Assembly: GCA_902802045.1 (NCBI GenBank) | Contig: CADCKQ010000001.1 | Span: forward strand, 310,759 to 374,758 | Direction: 5' to 3' | Length of the DNA stretch: 64,000 nt | Source: Oscillospiraceae bacterium | Lineage (GTDB): Bacteria; Bacillota; Clostridia; Oscillospirales; Oscillospiraceae | Shown: one piece after another, positions 27,325 to 37,343 of the stretch | How the letters are laid out: each line of letters begins with the position of its first letter | How positions within the stretch are numbered: position 1 is the stretch's first letter | Position numbers and translations under genes: made by a program | Notes under the pieces: generated by a model | What the model was told of the DNA's origin: nothing | Seen by the model: only the letters and a program-made list of their open reading frames with translations | Databases searched by the model: none

Positions 27325-28899
27325 TTACTTTGCCTCCTTTTCATCTTCCGCCATATCCATAAGGATAAGGGTGGCCATATCATCACCATTCAGATAGGTC
27401 TGGTTGAAACCGTCGCCTCTGGCGCCCGACGCGCCGCAGGTCTTGAAGCCGTGTATGGGCTGATCCTTTTTGAGCGACATAAGCCTCGATACCATGGTAT
27501 CCCACTCGGATGTCTCAAAGCCGTAGACAGTGCCCTGGGGCGTTCCGAGGAAGTTGCAGAAGGTCCATGGTGTGGCTATCTCGATTTCCTCTATGCAGTC
27601 ATGGATAATGATCCCTGTCGCATCCTCAAAATTCTTGAGCACCGCTCTGAAGGTCTCCTGTTTGCGTTTCACATACTCCTTCTGGCTGAATCCGCCCCAG
27701 ACATCTTCGGTGTATGCGCAGGTGAATGTGAGAACGGTCGTCCCGGGAGGCGAAGCTTCCGGATTGACTATGTTGTATATGACTATGGTGCCGTAGGGGT
27801 TGCCCTCATATTTTTTGGAGCAGGCATAGTTTACATTCGTGTCGAAGGATCCAGGCATAAATATCGTGTAATCCTTGATGCCGAGCTCTTCACAGCTCTT
27901 GTTCAGGCCTACGTAAGCATTGAAGAAACGCACCCCGTGTTTTTCAGCAGAGACTCTCTTGAGTTCGCGTTCGGGAACTTTGATATTCTTGCTGAGAAGT
28001 TTCGTATAGGCCGTCTGGGGATTGACATTTGCAATGACATAATTGGTCTCCACGAATCCCGCCGTAGTTTCAACGCCCGTTATCTTTCCGCTCTCGTCTG
28101 CAGTGACCTCAAGAGCCTTCGTATTTAGCCAAAGCTCACCTCCGAGTTCCCTGAATCTCTCGACAAACGACATCGTGAGTCCGTGCGCCGTCTTTTTGCA
28201 GATCGCGGGATGGTACTTGATGTACATGAGCAGCATCCACGCCTGGTGCACAAAGCTCAGACGCTCATAGTCCGTGCCTATGTAGGTCCAGTAGATGTTG
28301 AGCAGGTCGATGGCATCGTCGGGCATTCCGATCTTTCTCAGAACGACGTTGAACGGATACTCGGCAACCTTTAGGAAGTTCGGATACTTCTTCATGAAGA
28401 GGCCTTCATCGACATAAGTGTAGCCTTTCTTGTCAAGGCCCTCGAAGAGATGCTCGTTGAAGTAGTTGTAGGCTGCGTCACATTCCTCGGCAAGCTCGAA
28501 GAAAGTCTCCATAGGTCCTCTGGAACCTGGAACGATCTCCTCCATCTTGTCAATGAAATTCTGCTTTCCGCAGGGCATCGTGACATCCATATGCCTCCCG
28601 CTTCTTGTCGTCCCGATACAGCGGAACAGGTCGGGGACCAAGATCCACTCCGCGTTCAGTTTGTATTTCTCTTCAAGCAGCTTGCCGGTAAGTCCCCACT
28701 CGGCAGGTGATCCGAGCGAGCAGAATTCATGCAGGGAAGCATCGAATTCGAATCTGCCTCTCACAAAACTGGAGGCACAACCGCCTGGAAGATTGTGCTG
28801 TTCGAGCAGAAGCACTTTTTTCCCTGCCGTGGCAAGGCTTAAGGCGGCTGACAGACCGCCTGTACCCGCGCCGATGACCACGGCATCAAATTTGGACAT
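27325..28899 (-). CDS. CrtI/phytoene-desaturase-family NAD(P)/FAD-dependent oxidoreductase (copy 2)
   Basis: MSKFDAVVIGAGTGGLSAA...LLLEQHNLPGGCASSF. AAAGGAGG precedes ATG 28899. Its stop directly abuts the start of the reductase gene. Confidence 0.8.
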   Translation of the reverse strand: MSKFDAVVIGAGTGGLSAALSLATAGKKVLLLEQHNLPGGCASSFVRGRFEFDASLHEFCSLGSPAEWGLTGKLLEEKYKLNAEWILVPDLFRCIGTTRSGRHMDVTMPCGKQNFIDKMEEIVPGSRGPMETFFELAEECDAAYNYFNEHLFEGLDKKGYTYVDEGLFMKKYPNFLKVAEYPFNVVLRKIGMPDDAIDLLNIYWTYIGTDYERLSFVHQAWMLLMYIKYHPAICKKTAHGLTMSFVERFRELGGELWLNTKALEVTADESGKITGVETTAGFVETNYVIANVNPQTAYTKLLSKNIKVPERELKRVSAEKHGVRFFNAYVGLNKSCEELGIKDYTIFMPGSFDTNVNYACSKKYEGNPYGTIVIYNIVNPEASPPGTTVLTFTCAYTEDVWGGFSQKEYVKRKQETFRAVLKNFEDATGIIIHDCIEEIEIATPWTFCNFLGTPQGTVYGFETSEWDTMVSRLMSLKKDQPIHGFKTCGASGARGDGFNQTYLNGDDMATLILMDMAEDEKEAK

Positions 28900-28950
28900 A
28901 TTTTTTCCTCCTTTTCTGATTATTATCCGGATATTCATTCGTTATAATCA

Positions 28951-28979
28951 ATTTTATATAAATTGCATCATGTTGTAAA
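28951..28979 (-). promoter_or_regulatory. Putative sigma-70 promoter of copy-2 module
   Basis: Minus strand reads TTTACA-17 nt-TAAAAT, about 50 nt upstream of ATG 28899. Confidence 0.45.
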
Positions 28980-29004
28980 TACAATATTTATGATCAAATA
29001 TAAA

Positions 29005-29031
29005 AGCCCTGTACCTGAGCGGCACAAGGCT
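29005..29031 (-). terminator. Imperfect hairpin terminator after the ATP-grasp gene
   Basis: GCCCTGTACC / GGCACAAGGC (8 of 10 pairs), followed on the minus strand by TTTTATATTT. Confidence 0.45.
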
Positions 29032-29047
29032 TTTTAATGTTATTGTT

Positions 29048-30247
29048 TCAGACTCGTTTTGTACAGTCTTCGAAAAATCCGTTTACTTCCTCAAGCGTAT
29101 CGAAGACTGCGAGAAAAGCTCTGTTTCCCATATCGTCCGAGAGTGCGTCGGGCATGCGCTGCATGAGCCTTATCTGTTCAGAATATTTCCCGATTATATC
29201 ATCATCGGAATACAGATAATCGCGCCCGTCCCTGCGCCCGAGGAATGCGCAGAAGGCATGTTTGCCGGGCTTTATTCCCGTGCGTCCGAAGCTCACCATA
29301 TCCGCCCAGATCTTATAAACATCCGTGCTGTGGGCGAAGTTCATCATGTCCGTCGAGAACCCGCCGCTCGGTCTCATGTTGGCCTCGAGCGCGACTACAT
29401 CGCCTTTCCTGCCGAGATGCCCTTGGTCCTTTGTGAGGCAGAAAAACTCGAAGTGGATGAACCTGCTTTTCACTCCGAAACTCTTTACCGCAGCTCTTCC
29501 GGCTGCTCTGACGTTCTCGGGGAGCTCTTTTCTTATATAGTAAGCCGTCTCCTTCTGCTCGTTGACTATGTCCATGATGGAGCCCAGAGTCACGTTGCCC
29601 GTCTCGAAGATGACATCTCCGCTGCTGCCGATTATCGCGTCGTAGGAGATTATATCCCCATAGACATACTCTTCCATGATGAAGGTGATGCCTGAAGGCT
29701 TGTTCTTCCAGAAATCTTCAAGCTCTTTTTCGTTCTTAAGCCGGAATGTGTGCGATGCCCCGACGCCCCTGTCCGGTTTTACGACGACGGGAAATCCGAC
29801 CTCTTCCGTGAAAGAGAGCGCATCTTCAAGGCTCTCGGGAAGGCAGAAGCGGGCAGCCGGAATGCCTGCCTTTTCATAGCTTTGCTTCATGAGCGACTTC
29901 CTGGTGAAATACGGCAGCTCATCAAGCTTAAAGCCCGTAGTTACATTGAAATCCGTCCTGAGCTTTGCGTCATTCTCCAGCCAGTACTCGTTGTTGGATT
30001 CTATCCAGTCGATACGGCCGTATTTGAACGCGAAAAACGCCACAGCCCTGTAGACCTGGTCATAATCCTCGAGCGACCCGACCTTGTAGTATTCGCGAAG
30101 AGCTTCCTTGAGATCAAAAGACAGCTCGTCATAGGGCTGGTCGCCTATCCCGAGGACGTTCATGCCGTTTTCGTTAAGTTCCCGGCAGAAATATCTGTAG
30201 TTTTCCGGAAAATTCGGTGAAATAAACACAAAATTGTTCATCGTCAT
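29048..30247 (-). CDS. ATP-grasp domain protein (carboxylate-amine ligase-like), substrate unknown
   Basis: FPVVVKPDRGVGASHTF...IMEEYVYGD...LEANMRPSGG layout typical of ATP-grasp enzymes. Confidence 0.75.
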   Translation of the reverse strand: MTMNNFVFISPNFPENYRYFCRELNENGMNVLGIGDQPYDELSFDLKEALREYYKVGSLEDYDQVYRAVAFFAFKYGRIDWIESNNEYWLENDAKLRTDFNVTTGFKLDELPYFTRKSLMKQSYEKAGIPAARFCLPESLEDALSFTEEVGFPVVVKPDRGVGASHTFRLKNEKELEDFWKNKPSGITFIMEEYVYGDIISYDAIIGSSGDVIFETGNVTLGSIMDIVNEQKETAYYIRKELPENVRAAGRAAVKSFGVKSRFIHFEFFCLTKDQGHLGRKGDVVALEANMRPSGGFSTDMMNFAHSTDVYKIWADMVSFGRTGIKPGKHAFCAFLGRRDGRDYLYSDDDIIGKYSEQIRLMQRMPDALSDDMGNRAFLAVFDTLEEVNGFFEDCTKRV

Positions 30248-30276
30248 ATACCTGCTTTCTGAAGTATCCTGCTTTT

Positions 30277-31053
30277 TTATTCCTTATTAAGCCAGAAAGA
30301 TACGGCTGTGTCAATCCAGCCCTCCGCGCTTGTGCCTGTTCCGGGGCCGACCCCGTGCCCGACTCCGGGGAAGACATCGCACAAGTTCCTGACGCCTGTC
30401 TTTTCGAGCTGCTTTGCCATTATCCCCGTGTTTTCGGGAGGAACCGTTTCATCACAGTCACCGCACCACACGTAGGTCGGAGGATAGTTTTTCGTCACAT
30501 GCTTTTCGATGCTCGAAAACTCCTCCATTTCCCGGGTCGCGTCCCTTCCAAGGAGATTGTCGTGCGTTACTCCATGGGTAAGGCCGGGCATCATGGAAAT
30601 GACTGGGTACTCCAGAATCAGCGCCGAGGGCTTCGGCAGGCCGTATTTAATGTATCCCATATTCTCCGTCCCGAAGCTGCCCGCGAGATGTCCTCCCGCG
30701 GAGGCTCCCCAGACGGAATAACTGTCCATATCCAGCCCGAGCTCATCCGCCTTTTCGAGGCATTCCCTTACCGCTCGCGCGAGGTCGTCCATCGGTGCAG
30801 GATAAGCAGCCTTTCTCCTTACTCGGTAGTACAGAATAATGGCTGATATGCCCTTTTCGTTCAGCTTCCTCGCGATCGGCACGCCCTCTATAAAGCTGCA
30901 GACTGCTCTGTATGCCCCGCCCGGAATCAGGATCGCAGCAGGGTGCTTCTTTCCGTCCCTGAGCACAAAGCGCAGATCGAGCGCGTATCTGTTCCGCGCC
31001 AGGAAGTTATCCCGGATCTGCTGTTTTTTGTCGTTATCCGGCTGCCTGCCCAT
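30277..31053 (-). CDS. Alpha/beta hydrolase (esterase/lipase-like)
   Basis: Nucleophile elbow GASAGGH and a late catalytic His (GVGHGVG). Start at MGRQPDN (ATG 31053) behind AGAGGAGAAGAGG. Confidence 0.75.
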   Translation of the reverse strand: MGRQPDNDKKQQIRDNFLARNRYALDLRFVLRDGKKHPAAILIPGGAYRAVCSFIEGVPIARKLNEKGISAIILYYRVRRKAAYPAPMDDLARAVRECLEKADELGLDMDSYSVWGASAGGHLAGSFGTENMGYIKYGLPKPSALILEYPVISMMPGLTHGVTHDNLLGRDATREMEEFSSIEKHVTKNYPPTYVWCGDCDETVPPENTGIMAKQLEKTGVRNLCDVFPGVGHGVGPGTGTSAEGWIDTAVSFWLNKE

Positions 31054-31229
31054 GACCTCTTCTCCTCTTTTACTTTTTATGCGGAAAGTATACCACGAGC
31101 TCCGGCAGATGACAAACACAAAAGCCACCCGAGAATTGCCCAAATATTATATCATTAACAGGCTTATATGTGATACAAATCCAGGGAAATGTGTGGTATA
31201 GTTTTATCTGATTTATAAAGGAGGCTTGT

Positions 31230-33218
31230 ATGGAATCCGTTAAAATAAATGACATTCTAACCTACAGATCTTTGTCCGGGATCAGATATTCGCCCGACGG
31301 AAAGCGGGCTGCTTTTGTCGTGTCGAACGCCAATGAAGAGGAGAACAGCTACGAGTCCAGGCTCTGGCTGTATGAAAACGGCTCTCTGAAGAAGCTCACC
31401 GATTTGGGAAAGGAACGAAGCTTTACCTGGCTGGACGACACTCATATCATTTTCCCTGCCGCGCGCTCGGACGCGGAGAAAAAGCGCACCGAGGCCGGGG
31501 AGGAATTCACCTCGTATTATGTACTTGACATAAACGGCGGAGAGGCCTCCTGCCTGTTCACGGTGCCTTTTGTCTCGGAAGATGTAAAGGTGCTCGGCGG
31601 CGGGCGTTTCGCGCTTATCGCTTCCGCCGACAAGAAGTATCCGGAGCTTTGGAAGGGGGACCGGGAATATACCGAAACTGCCGGCAAAGAGCGCAAAGAG
31701 AATAAGGATTATGAAGTACTGGATGAGCTTCCCTACACATCCAACGGACAGGGCTTTATCAGCGGAAGGCGCAGGATGCTCTTTCTTGCGGAGGCAGAAC
31801 CGTATTCCCTCAGTCCCGTGACGGAGATATCCGAAAATGTATCCGGCTTCACCGTGCTCGGAGATGAAGTGTTCTACAGCGTCGAAAAAGCTGCTCCAAA
31901 ACGGAGCATCCGGGGCTTTGAAGTAAGAGCTGTAAACTTTAAGACCGGAGAAAAACGCGTCATCCTGAAAAATGAGTCCCATTTGCTCGGCGGTCTTGAG
32001 GCAGCAGGGGAGACGCTTTTTCTCTTTGCTTCCGAGGGCAAGCGCTACGGTTTAAACGAAAACAGCTGGGTCTATACAGTAGACGCACGCACGGGCGAAA
32101 TGAAGCTGCTGCGCCGGGAAGAATACAGCATGTACAACAGCGTGGGCAGCGATGTCCGTTACGGCGGCGGAAGATACTATGTCCCCGCGGACGGGAAGCT
32201 TTACCATCTGACGACCAGAGAAGGAAACAGTTATCTTTACTGTCTCGGCCCCGACGGAAAGGATGAGCCTGTCCTGGAGGCTGAGGGCTCCGCCGAGTGC
32301 TTCGACATCTCCGGAGATACCGTTTTGCTCTCGGGACTCTACGGCATGCTCCCGCAGGAGCTTTATACTTACGGTCTGAAGACAAAAGCTCTGTATAAGA
32401 TCAGCTCATTCAATGAAAAAGCAACAGAAGGACGATATATCGCAAAGCCCGAGCCGCTGACCGTAAGAAGCGGGGAGCTTGAGATCGGCGGCTGGGTGCT
32501 TCTGCCGAAGGATTATGACCCGGAGAAGAGATACCCCGCCGTTTTCGACATCCACGGCGGCCCGAAGACGGTATACGGCCCGGTGTTTTACCATGAGATG
32601 CAGGTCTGGGCGGGAAAAGGATATTTCGTGTTTTTCTGCAATCCGAAGGGCAGCGACGGAAGAGACAATGAATTCTCGGATATCTTCGGCGATTACGGCG
32701 GCACGGATTACAGAAACCTGATGGATTTCACGGACGCGGTACTGGAGAAGTACCCCCAGATAGATAAAAAGCGCGTATGCGAGACGGGCGGAAGCTACGG
32801 CGGATTCATGACGAACTGGATCATCGGCCACACTGACAGGTTCTGCTGCGCCGCATCTCAGCGCTCCATCTCCAACTGGCTCAGTTTTTGCGGCACAAGC
32901 GATATCGGCGTCTGGTTTGCTCCGGACCAGACACGCGGGGATCTGTACACCGACCCAGGGAAGCTCTGGGAGCAGTCTCCTCTCAAATATGCAGGAAACG
33001 TCAAAACTCCTACCCTGTTCATCCATTCTGACGAGGACTGGCGCTGCCCGCTCGAGCAGGGGCTTCAGATGTATGCGGCGCTGCTGGACAGGGGAGTCGA
33101 AGCGAGGATGTGCCTGTTTCACGGGGAAAACCATGAGCTCAGCCGCTCGGGTAAGCCGAAACACCGCATAAGACGGCTTGAGGAAATCACTTCCTGGTTC
33201 GACCGGTTTTCATCTTGA
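31230..33218 (+). CDS. S9 family serine peptidase (prolyl oligopeptidase / acylaminoacyl-peptidase-like)
   Basis: N-terminal beta-propeller-like half, C-terminal GGSYGGFM nucleophile motif, later D and H (HGENHEL). Confidence 0.85.
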   Translation: MESVKINDILTYRSLSGIRYSPDGKRAAFVVSNANEEENSYESRLWLYENGSLKKLTDLGKERSFTWLDDTHIIFPAARSDAEKKRTEAGEEFTSYYVLDINGGEASCLFTVPFVSEDVKVLGGGRFALIASADKKYPELWKGDREYTETAGKERKENKDYEVLDELPYTSNGQGFISGRRRMLFLAEAEPYSLSPVTEISENVSGFTVLGDEVFYSVEKAAPKRSIRGFEVRAVNFKTGEKRVILKNESHLLGGLEAAGETLFLFASEGKRYGLNENSWVYTVDARTGEMKLLRREEYSMYNSVGSDVRYGGGRYYVPADGKLYHLTTREGNSYLYCLGPDGKDEPVLEAEGSAECFDISGDTVLLSGLYGMLPQELYTYGLKTKALYKISSFNEKATEGRYIAKPEPLTVRSGELEIGGWVLLPKDYDPEKRYPAVFDIHGGPKTVYGPVFYHEMQVWAGKGYFVFFCNPKGSDGRDNEFSDIFGDYGGTDYRNLMDFTDAVLEKYPQIDKKRVCETGGSYGGFMTNWIIGHTDRFCCAASQRSISNWLSFCGTSDIGVWFAPDQTRGDLYTDPGKLWEQSPLKYAGNVKTPTLFIHSDEDWRCPLEQGLQMYAALLDRGVEARMCLFHGENHELSRSGKPKHRIRRLEEITSWFDRFSS

Positions 33219-33261
33219 CTTCACCTTCACGCATCTGTATGATTTCTCCGGAAAGAAGGTG

Positions 33262-33906
33262 ATGAAGCTGGCCGAGTGTATTTTATTCGACTTTGACGGG
33301 ACGGTCTATGATACGGTCGAAGGAATTACAAGATCCGTGCGCTACGCGATAAACAAACACGGTCTTGACGCGGAGCTTGAGGATCTTCGCTGTTTCGCGG
33401 GGCCCCCTCTCGACGATATGTTTATGGAAAAATTCGGGTTCACCAGAGAAGAGGCCGTGCTTGCCACCATGGAGTTTCGCGAACGCTACAAGCCAGTCGG
33501 GGTCTATGAGAGCACGCCGTTTCCCGGGATCCGGGAGCTGCTGGAGCACCTGAGGGCTTCCGGGAAGGTCGTCGGCATCGCCACTTCCAAACCTCAGGAG
33601 CTCGCGGAGCTGCTGCTGGAGCGCTCCGGTATGACTGAGCTTTTCGATGTGGTCTCGGGCTCCAATGTCGGCGCGGGGAATAACGCCAAATGGGAGGTGC
33701 TCGCCGCCGCCATAGAAAAAAGCGGGGTCCCCAAAGAGGAGACCGTCCTCATCGGAGACACGAAGTACGACGTGGCGGGAGCAAAAAAGGTCGGCATTCC
33801 CTGCATCGGCGTGCGCTGGGGCTATGCAGTCCCCGGAGAGCTTGAAGCCGCGGGAGCGGACGCGATCGCAGAGGACATTGAAGAGCTCGAAAAGATGCTG
33901 ATCTGA
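33262..33906 (+). CDS. HAD-IA hydrolase (phosphoglycolate-phosphatase-like)
   Basis: Motif I FDFDGTVYDT, TSK motif and GDTKYD. The longer ORF start overlaps the S9 gene. Confidence 0.85.
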   Translation: MKLAECILFDFDGTVYDTVEGITRSVRYAINKHGLDAELEDLRCFAGPPLDDMFMEKFGFTREEAVLATMEFRERYKPVGVYESTPFPGIRELLEHLRASGKVVGIATSKPQELAELLLERSGMTELFDVVSGSNVGAGNNAKWEVLAAAIEKSGVPKEETVLIGDTKYDVAGAKKVGIPCIGVRWGYAVPGELEAAGADAIAEDIEELEKMLI

Positions 33907-33929
33907 AAAACGGAATTAAAGACACAAAA

Positions 33930-33964
33930 ACACACCCCGTAAGTCATTACGGGGTGTGTTTATC
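33930..33964. terminator. Bidirectional intrinsic terminator
   Basis: ACACACCCCGTAA gtca TTACGGGGTGTGT, flanked by AAAAA and TTTA. Confidence 0.7.
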
Positions 33965-33971
33965 AAAACGG

Positions 33972-35030
33972 TCAAGCGAGAAGGTCTGCGAGCGCTCCGT
34001 CCTTGCCGAGGGCGCCGCTCTGGCGGGCAAGATCCTCAAGCTCTGCTACCAGCGCGTCTGAGAAATCAAGGCCTTTGATCTTATTCTCCTCAAAGAGACG
34101 GGCTTCGATCTCGCCGGGCAGGTAGATCTCCTTTACGCCTGTAGCCGTTCTGCTGTTCTTGAGCATCTCGGCATAGGCAGCGGCATGCTCCTTAAAACGC
34201 TCGACGTTCAGGAAGTGCGCGATATCAAGAAGGATGACCGCAAAGCCCGTTCTCTCGGGCTCCATATCCTCGACGAAGGGGATCTCAGCGCTCGTGAGAG
34301 CATCAGCCAGAACGCCTCCGAACATGTCGACGAACACGGCAAGTCCGTAGCCCTTGTGGCCTCCCGCGGGACGTACACAGTAGGCGACGTGCGGATCCGT
34401 AGTCGGGTTGCCGTCATAATCGTTGGCCCAGCCTTCAGGCATCTCCTTATCTTCACGGCGGTAGGCAAAGACCTTGCCTATGGCCACTCCGCTTGTGGAG
34501 ATGTCAAGTACTATAGGCCGGTCGGGATTTGTCGTCGGGCAGCCGAGAATGATCGGGTTCGTGCCGATCAGACGGTCTGCGCCTCCGAAGGGGGCCATGC
34601 AGGGATAGGTATTGCTCACAACTATACCGATCATATTGTCCTTCGCCATACGGAAGCCGTAATAACCTCCGCAGCCGATATTCGCGCTGTTGCGGGCAAC
34701 GCCTGCCGCGATCCCGTATTTACGGGCACGCTCGAGCACCGCGTCGTATACACGGTTGACGGCCACGATGCCTGAGCCGCCGCCGCACTCGAAGGCGAGG
34801 GAAGCGTCCGTATCCTTCACGCAGTGAAAGTCAGGCCTTGCTATCAGCGCGCCTGCCATATACTGTCTGAGATAGATGCAGAGGCGGGAAAGTCCGTGGG
34901 AATAGGTGCCTGTAAAATCAGAGTGGGTGACGACGGCTGCCAGTGAGGCGGCATCGTCCTCGGGGACATCCAGCGCAGTGAGAAGGCGCTCGATCAGGGC
35001 GAGTTCCTGGGCATATGAAAGATGAATCAT
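33972..35030 (-). CDS. Ldh_2 family (malate/L-lactate/sulfolactate dehydrogenase type 2) oxidoreductase
   Basis: THSDFTGTYSHGLSRL...GHKGYGLA blocks typical of Ldh_2 family. Confidence 0.8.
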   Translation of the reverse strand: MIHLSYAQELALIERLLTALDVPEDDAASLAAVVTHSDFTGTYSHGLSRLCIYLRQYMAGALIARPDFHCVKDTDASLAFECGGGSGIVAVNRVYDAVLERARKYGIAAGVARNSANIGCGGYYGFRMAKDNMIGIVVSNTYPCMAPFGGADRLIGTNPIILGCPTTNPDRPIVLDISTSGVAIGKVFAYRREDKEMPEGWANDYDGNPTTDPHVAYCVRPAGGHKGYGLAVFVDMFGGVLADALTSAEIPFVEDMEPERTGFAVILLDIAHFLNVERFKEHAAAYAEMLKNSRTATGVKEIYLPGEIEARLFEENKIKGLDFSDALVAELEDLARQSGALGKDGALADLLA

Positions 35031-35125
35031 ATCAGCTCCTCCTGTATAAACATATTATTGTTATTTATGCATACGCGGTTTTGGTTCAGTATTGTCAGAA
35101 TACCATAAAACAGCAGATTCATCAA

Positions 35126-36307
35126 TTAATTGTGTTTTCGTTTTCTGCTCAGAACCAGGAGCCCCGCAACCATTATGACCGGAAAAATACACCCCAGCAG
35201 AATGCCGGTCTTCAGATCCCCTCCGGCCTGCTCCGAGGCTACACCTACAAGACCGGGGCCGAGCGCCCCTCCCAGATCTCCCGCCAGTGCAAGCAGCGCG
35301 AACATGGCAGTCCCGCCTCTGGTCAGCGTGTGCGCGGATATGCTTATCGTTCCCGGCCACATGATACCGACCGAAAAGCCGCAGAGCGCGCATCCGATCA
35401 GGCCGAAAACAGGTCTTGCAGAGAGCGCCGCAAGAAAATAGCAGGCGACACAGAGGATCCCGGAAAGGATCATGAATTTTACAATATTCATGTTTTCGCC
35501 GTACTTTCCGTAGAAGACCCGGCTCAAGCCCATCAGAACCGCAAACAGACAGGGTCCCGCCAGGTCTCCGACCGTTTTGGAGACGCCGAGCGCGGACTCC
35601 GTAAACGCGGAGGCCCACTGCGCCATTGCAAGTTCAGATGCGCCGGAACAGACCATAAGCAGGACCAGCAGCCAGAACAGCGGTGTTTTTATCAGCTGAG
35701 TGCCTGTCATGCTCTTTCCATCTTCTACGAGATGCTCGATAGGGCAGACAGCAAAGTTTCGTATATTCACCAGTGGTATGAGCGCCCAGAGGCAGGACAG
35801 GATCCTCCAGCTTCCGGTGCCGAAGACAGAGAAAAACACCGTTGAGAGAAGTATCGTTCCCACCGCGCCCCAGCAGTAAAAAGAGTGAAGCAGGCTCATG
35901 ACCGATTCCTTGTTTTCGAAAGGGCAGGCCTCCACGATCGGGCTGCAGAGGACCTCGATCAGTCCGCTGCCTACTGCATACACTGCCACGCAGACCAGGA
36001 TTCCCGCGAAAGGATCCGGAAACAGGTCAGGAAGAAACGCGAGCCCCAAAAGCCCGAGGGCAGAGAGAACTTCTGAGGCCACGATACAGGGACGGTATCC
36101 GATCCTGTCAACAAGACCTGCAGACAGAAGATCTGTAACCAACTGTGTGAGGAAGAATACCGAGGAGATCAGGGCGATCTTAGCCAGCGAGATACCGTAG
36201 GTCTCATGAAAGGTCAGGAAAAGAAGCGGCGCGAAATTTGCCGCGACAGCCTGCGTAATAAAGCCCATATAGCAGGCGACCAGTGTCTGGCGATAGTTTT
36301 TGGTCAT
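35126..36307 (-). CDS. MFS transporter
   Basis: 12 hydrophobic segments. Start at MTKNYRQ (ATG 36307), 4 nt after the stop of the upstream AKR gene. Confidence 0.8.
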   Translation of the reverse strand: MTKNYRQTLVACYMGFITQAVAANFAPLLFLTFHETYGISLAKIALISSVFFLTQLVTDLLSAGLVDRIGYRPCIVASEVLSALGLLGLAFLPDLFPDPFAGILVCVAVYAVGSGLIEVLCSPIVEACPFENKESVMSLLHSFYCWGAVGTILLSTVFFSVFGTGSWRILSCLWALIPLVNIRNFAVCPIEHLVEDGKSMTGTQLIKTPLFWLLVLLMVCSGASELAMAQWASAFTESALGVSKTVGDLAGPCLFAVLMGLSRVFYGKYGENMNIVKFMILSGILCVACYFLAALSARPVFGLIGCALCGFSVGIMWPGTISISAHTLTRGGTAMFALLALAGDLGGALGPGLVGVASEQAGGDLKTGILLGCIFPVIMVAGLLVLSRKRKHN

Positions 36308-36311
36308 ATCC

Positions 36312-37319
36312 TCAGCTCTCCAGGATCCGATCGATAGCGGAGAGTTCTTCATCGGCAAGAGCGGGGAAAGCAAGTGCTTTCATGTTCTCCACGATCTGTC
36401 CGGGGCGGCTTGCTCCGATCAGAGCTGAAGTAATACGGCTGTCGCGCAAGACCCATTGCAGCGCCATCTGCGCGAGAGTCTCGCCTCTGCCGAGCGCGAG
36501 CTCATTCAGCTTCGCGATCTTTATGAGCTTATCCTGGGTGATCATATCCGGCTTCAGATACCTCGGGTCGCTGCCGGCGCGGGAATCCTTCGGAATATCA
36601 TGAAGATATTTGTTCGTGAGCATTCCCCCCGCCAAAGGCTGGAAGACAATGCATCCCATGCCTGCCGCATCAAGGGTGTCCAGAAGGCCCTTTTCAATTG
36701 ATCTTTCAAACATGTTGTAGCGTGACTGGCAGATCAGCAGCGGCACTCCCCATCCCTGCATGATCTGAGACGCCTTTGCCGCCATATCCGCAGGATAATT
36801 GGATATTCCGACGTACAGCGCCCTGCCGCTGTCAACAAGGAATCGGAGGGCGGCCATTGTCTCTTCCAGAGGAGTCTCCGGATCGGGACGGTGATGATAA
36901 AAAATATCCACATAGTCCAGATGCATTCGTTTCAGGCTCTGGTCCGCGCTCGCGATCAGATATTTCCGGCTCCCGTGATTCCCGTAAGGCCCCGCCCACA
37001 TATCGTAGCCGGCCTTGGTAGATACGACCAGTTCATCCCTGAAGGGTCGGAAATCCCGGTCCATATGGATTCCAAAGTTTAGTTCTGCTTCTCCGTACGG
37101 TGGCCCGTAGTTGTTTGCAAGATCAAAGTGTGTGATCCCTGCGTCAAAGGCTGCACAGAGGATCTGTCTTTGTGTATCAAAAGGCGTGATATTCCCGAAA
37201 TTATGCCAGAGACCGAGAGACAGTCTCGGCAGCATCAGCCCGCTCCTCCCGCAGCGACAATAGAATTCCATGTTGTCATAGCGCCCTTCATGCGGGTGAT
37301 AAGCTTCGAATATCTGCAT
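36312..37319 (-). CDS. Aldo/keto reductase, YghZ (L-glyceraldehyde-3-phosphate reductase)-like
   Basis: CGRSGLMLPRLSLGLWHNFG...ITHFDLANNYGPPYG closely parallels E. coli YghZ. Confidence 0.85.
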   Translation of the reverse strand: MQIFEAYHPHEGRYDNMEFYCRCGRSGLMLPRLSLGLWHNFGNITPFDTQRQILCAAFDAGITHFDLANNYGPPYGEAELNFGIHMDRDFRPFRDELVVSTKAGYDMWAGPYGNHGSRKYLIASADQSLKRMHLDYVDIFYHHRPDPETPLEETMAALRFLVDSGRALYVGISNYPADMAAKASQIMQGWGVPLLICQSRYNMFERSIEKGLLDTLDAAGMGCIVFQPLAGGMLTNKYLHDIPKDSRAGSDPRYLKPDMITQDKLIKIAKLNELALGRGETLAQMALQWVLRDSRITSALIGASRPGQIVENMKALAFPALADEELSAIDRILES

Positions 37320-37343
37320 GGTTATCCTCCTTTTGTTTAAATA

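Noticed and set aside
26176-28128. 650-aa ORF on the + strand spanning both copy-2 oxidoreductase genes
   Set aside because: It lies entirely antisense to two well-supported minus-strand genes that have clear motifs and RBSs. Its product is low-complexity, has no motif, and has no RBS. It is a typical shadow ORF of GC-rich coding DNA.
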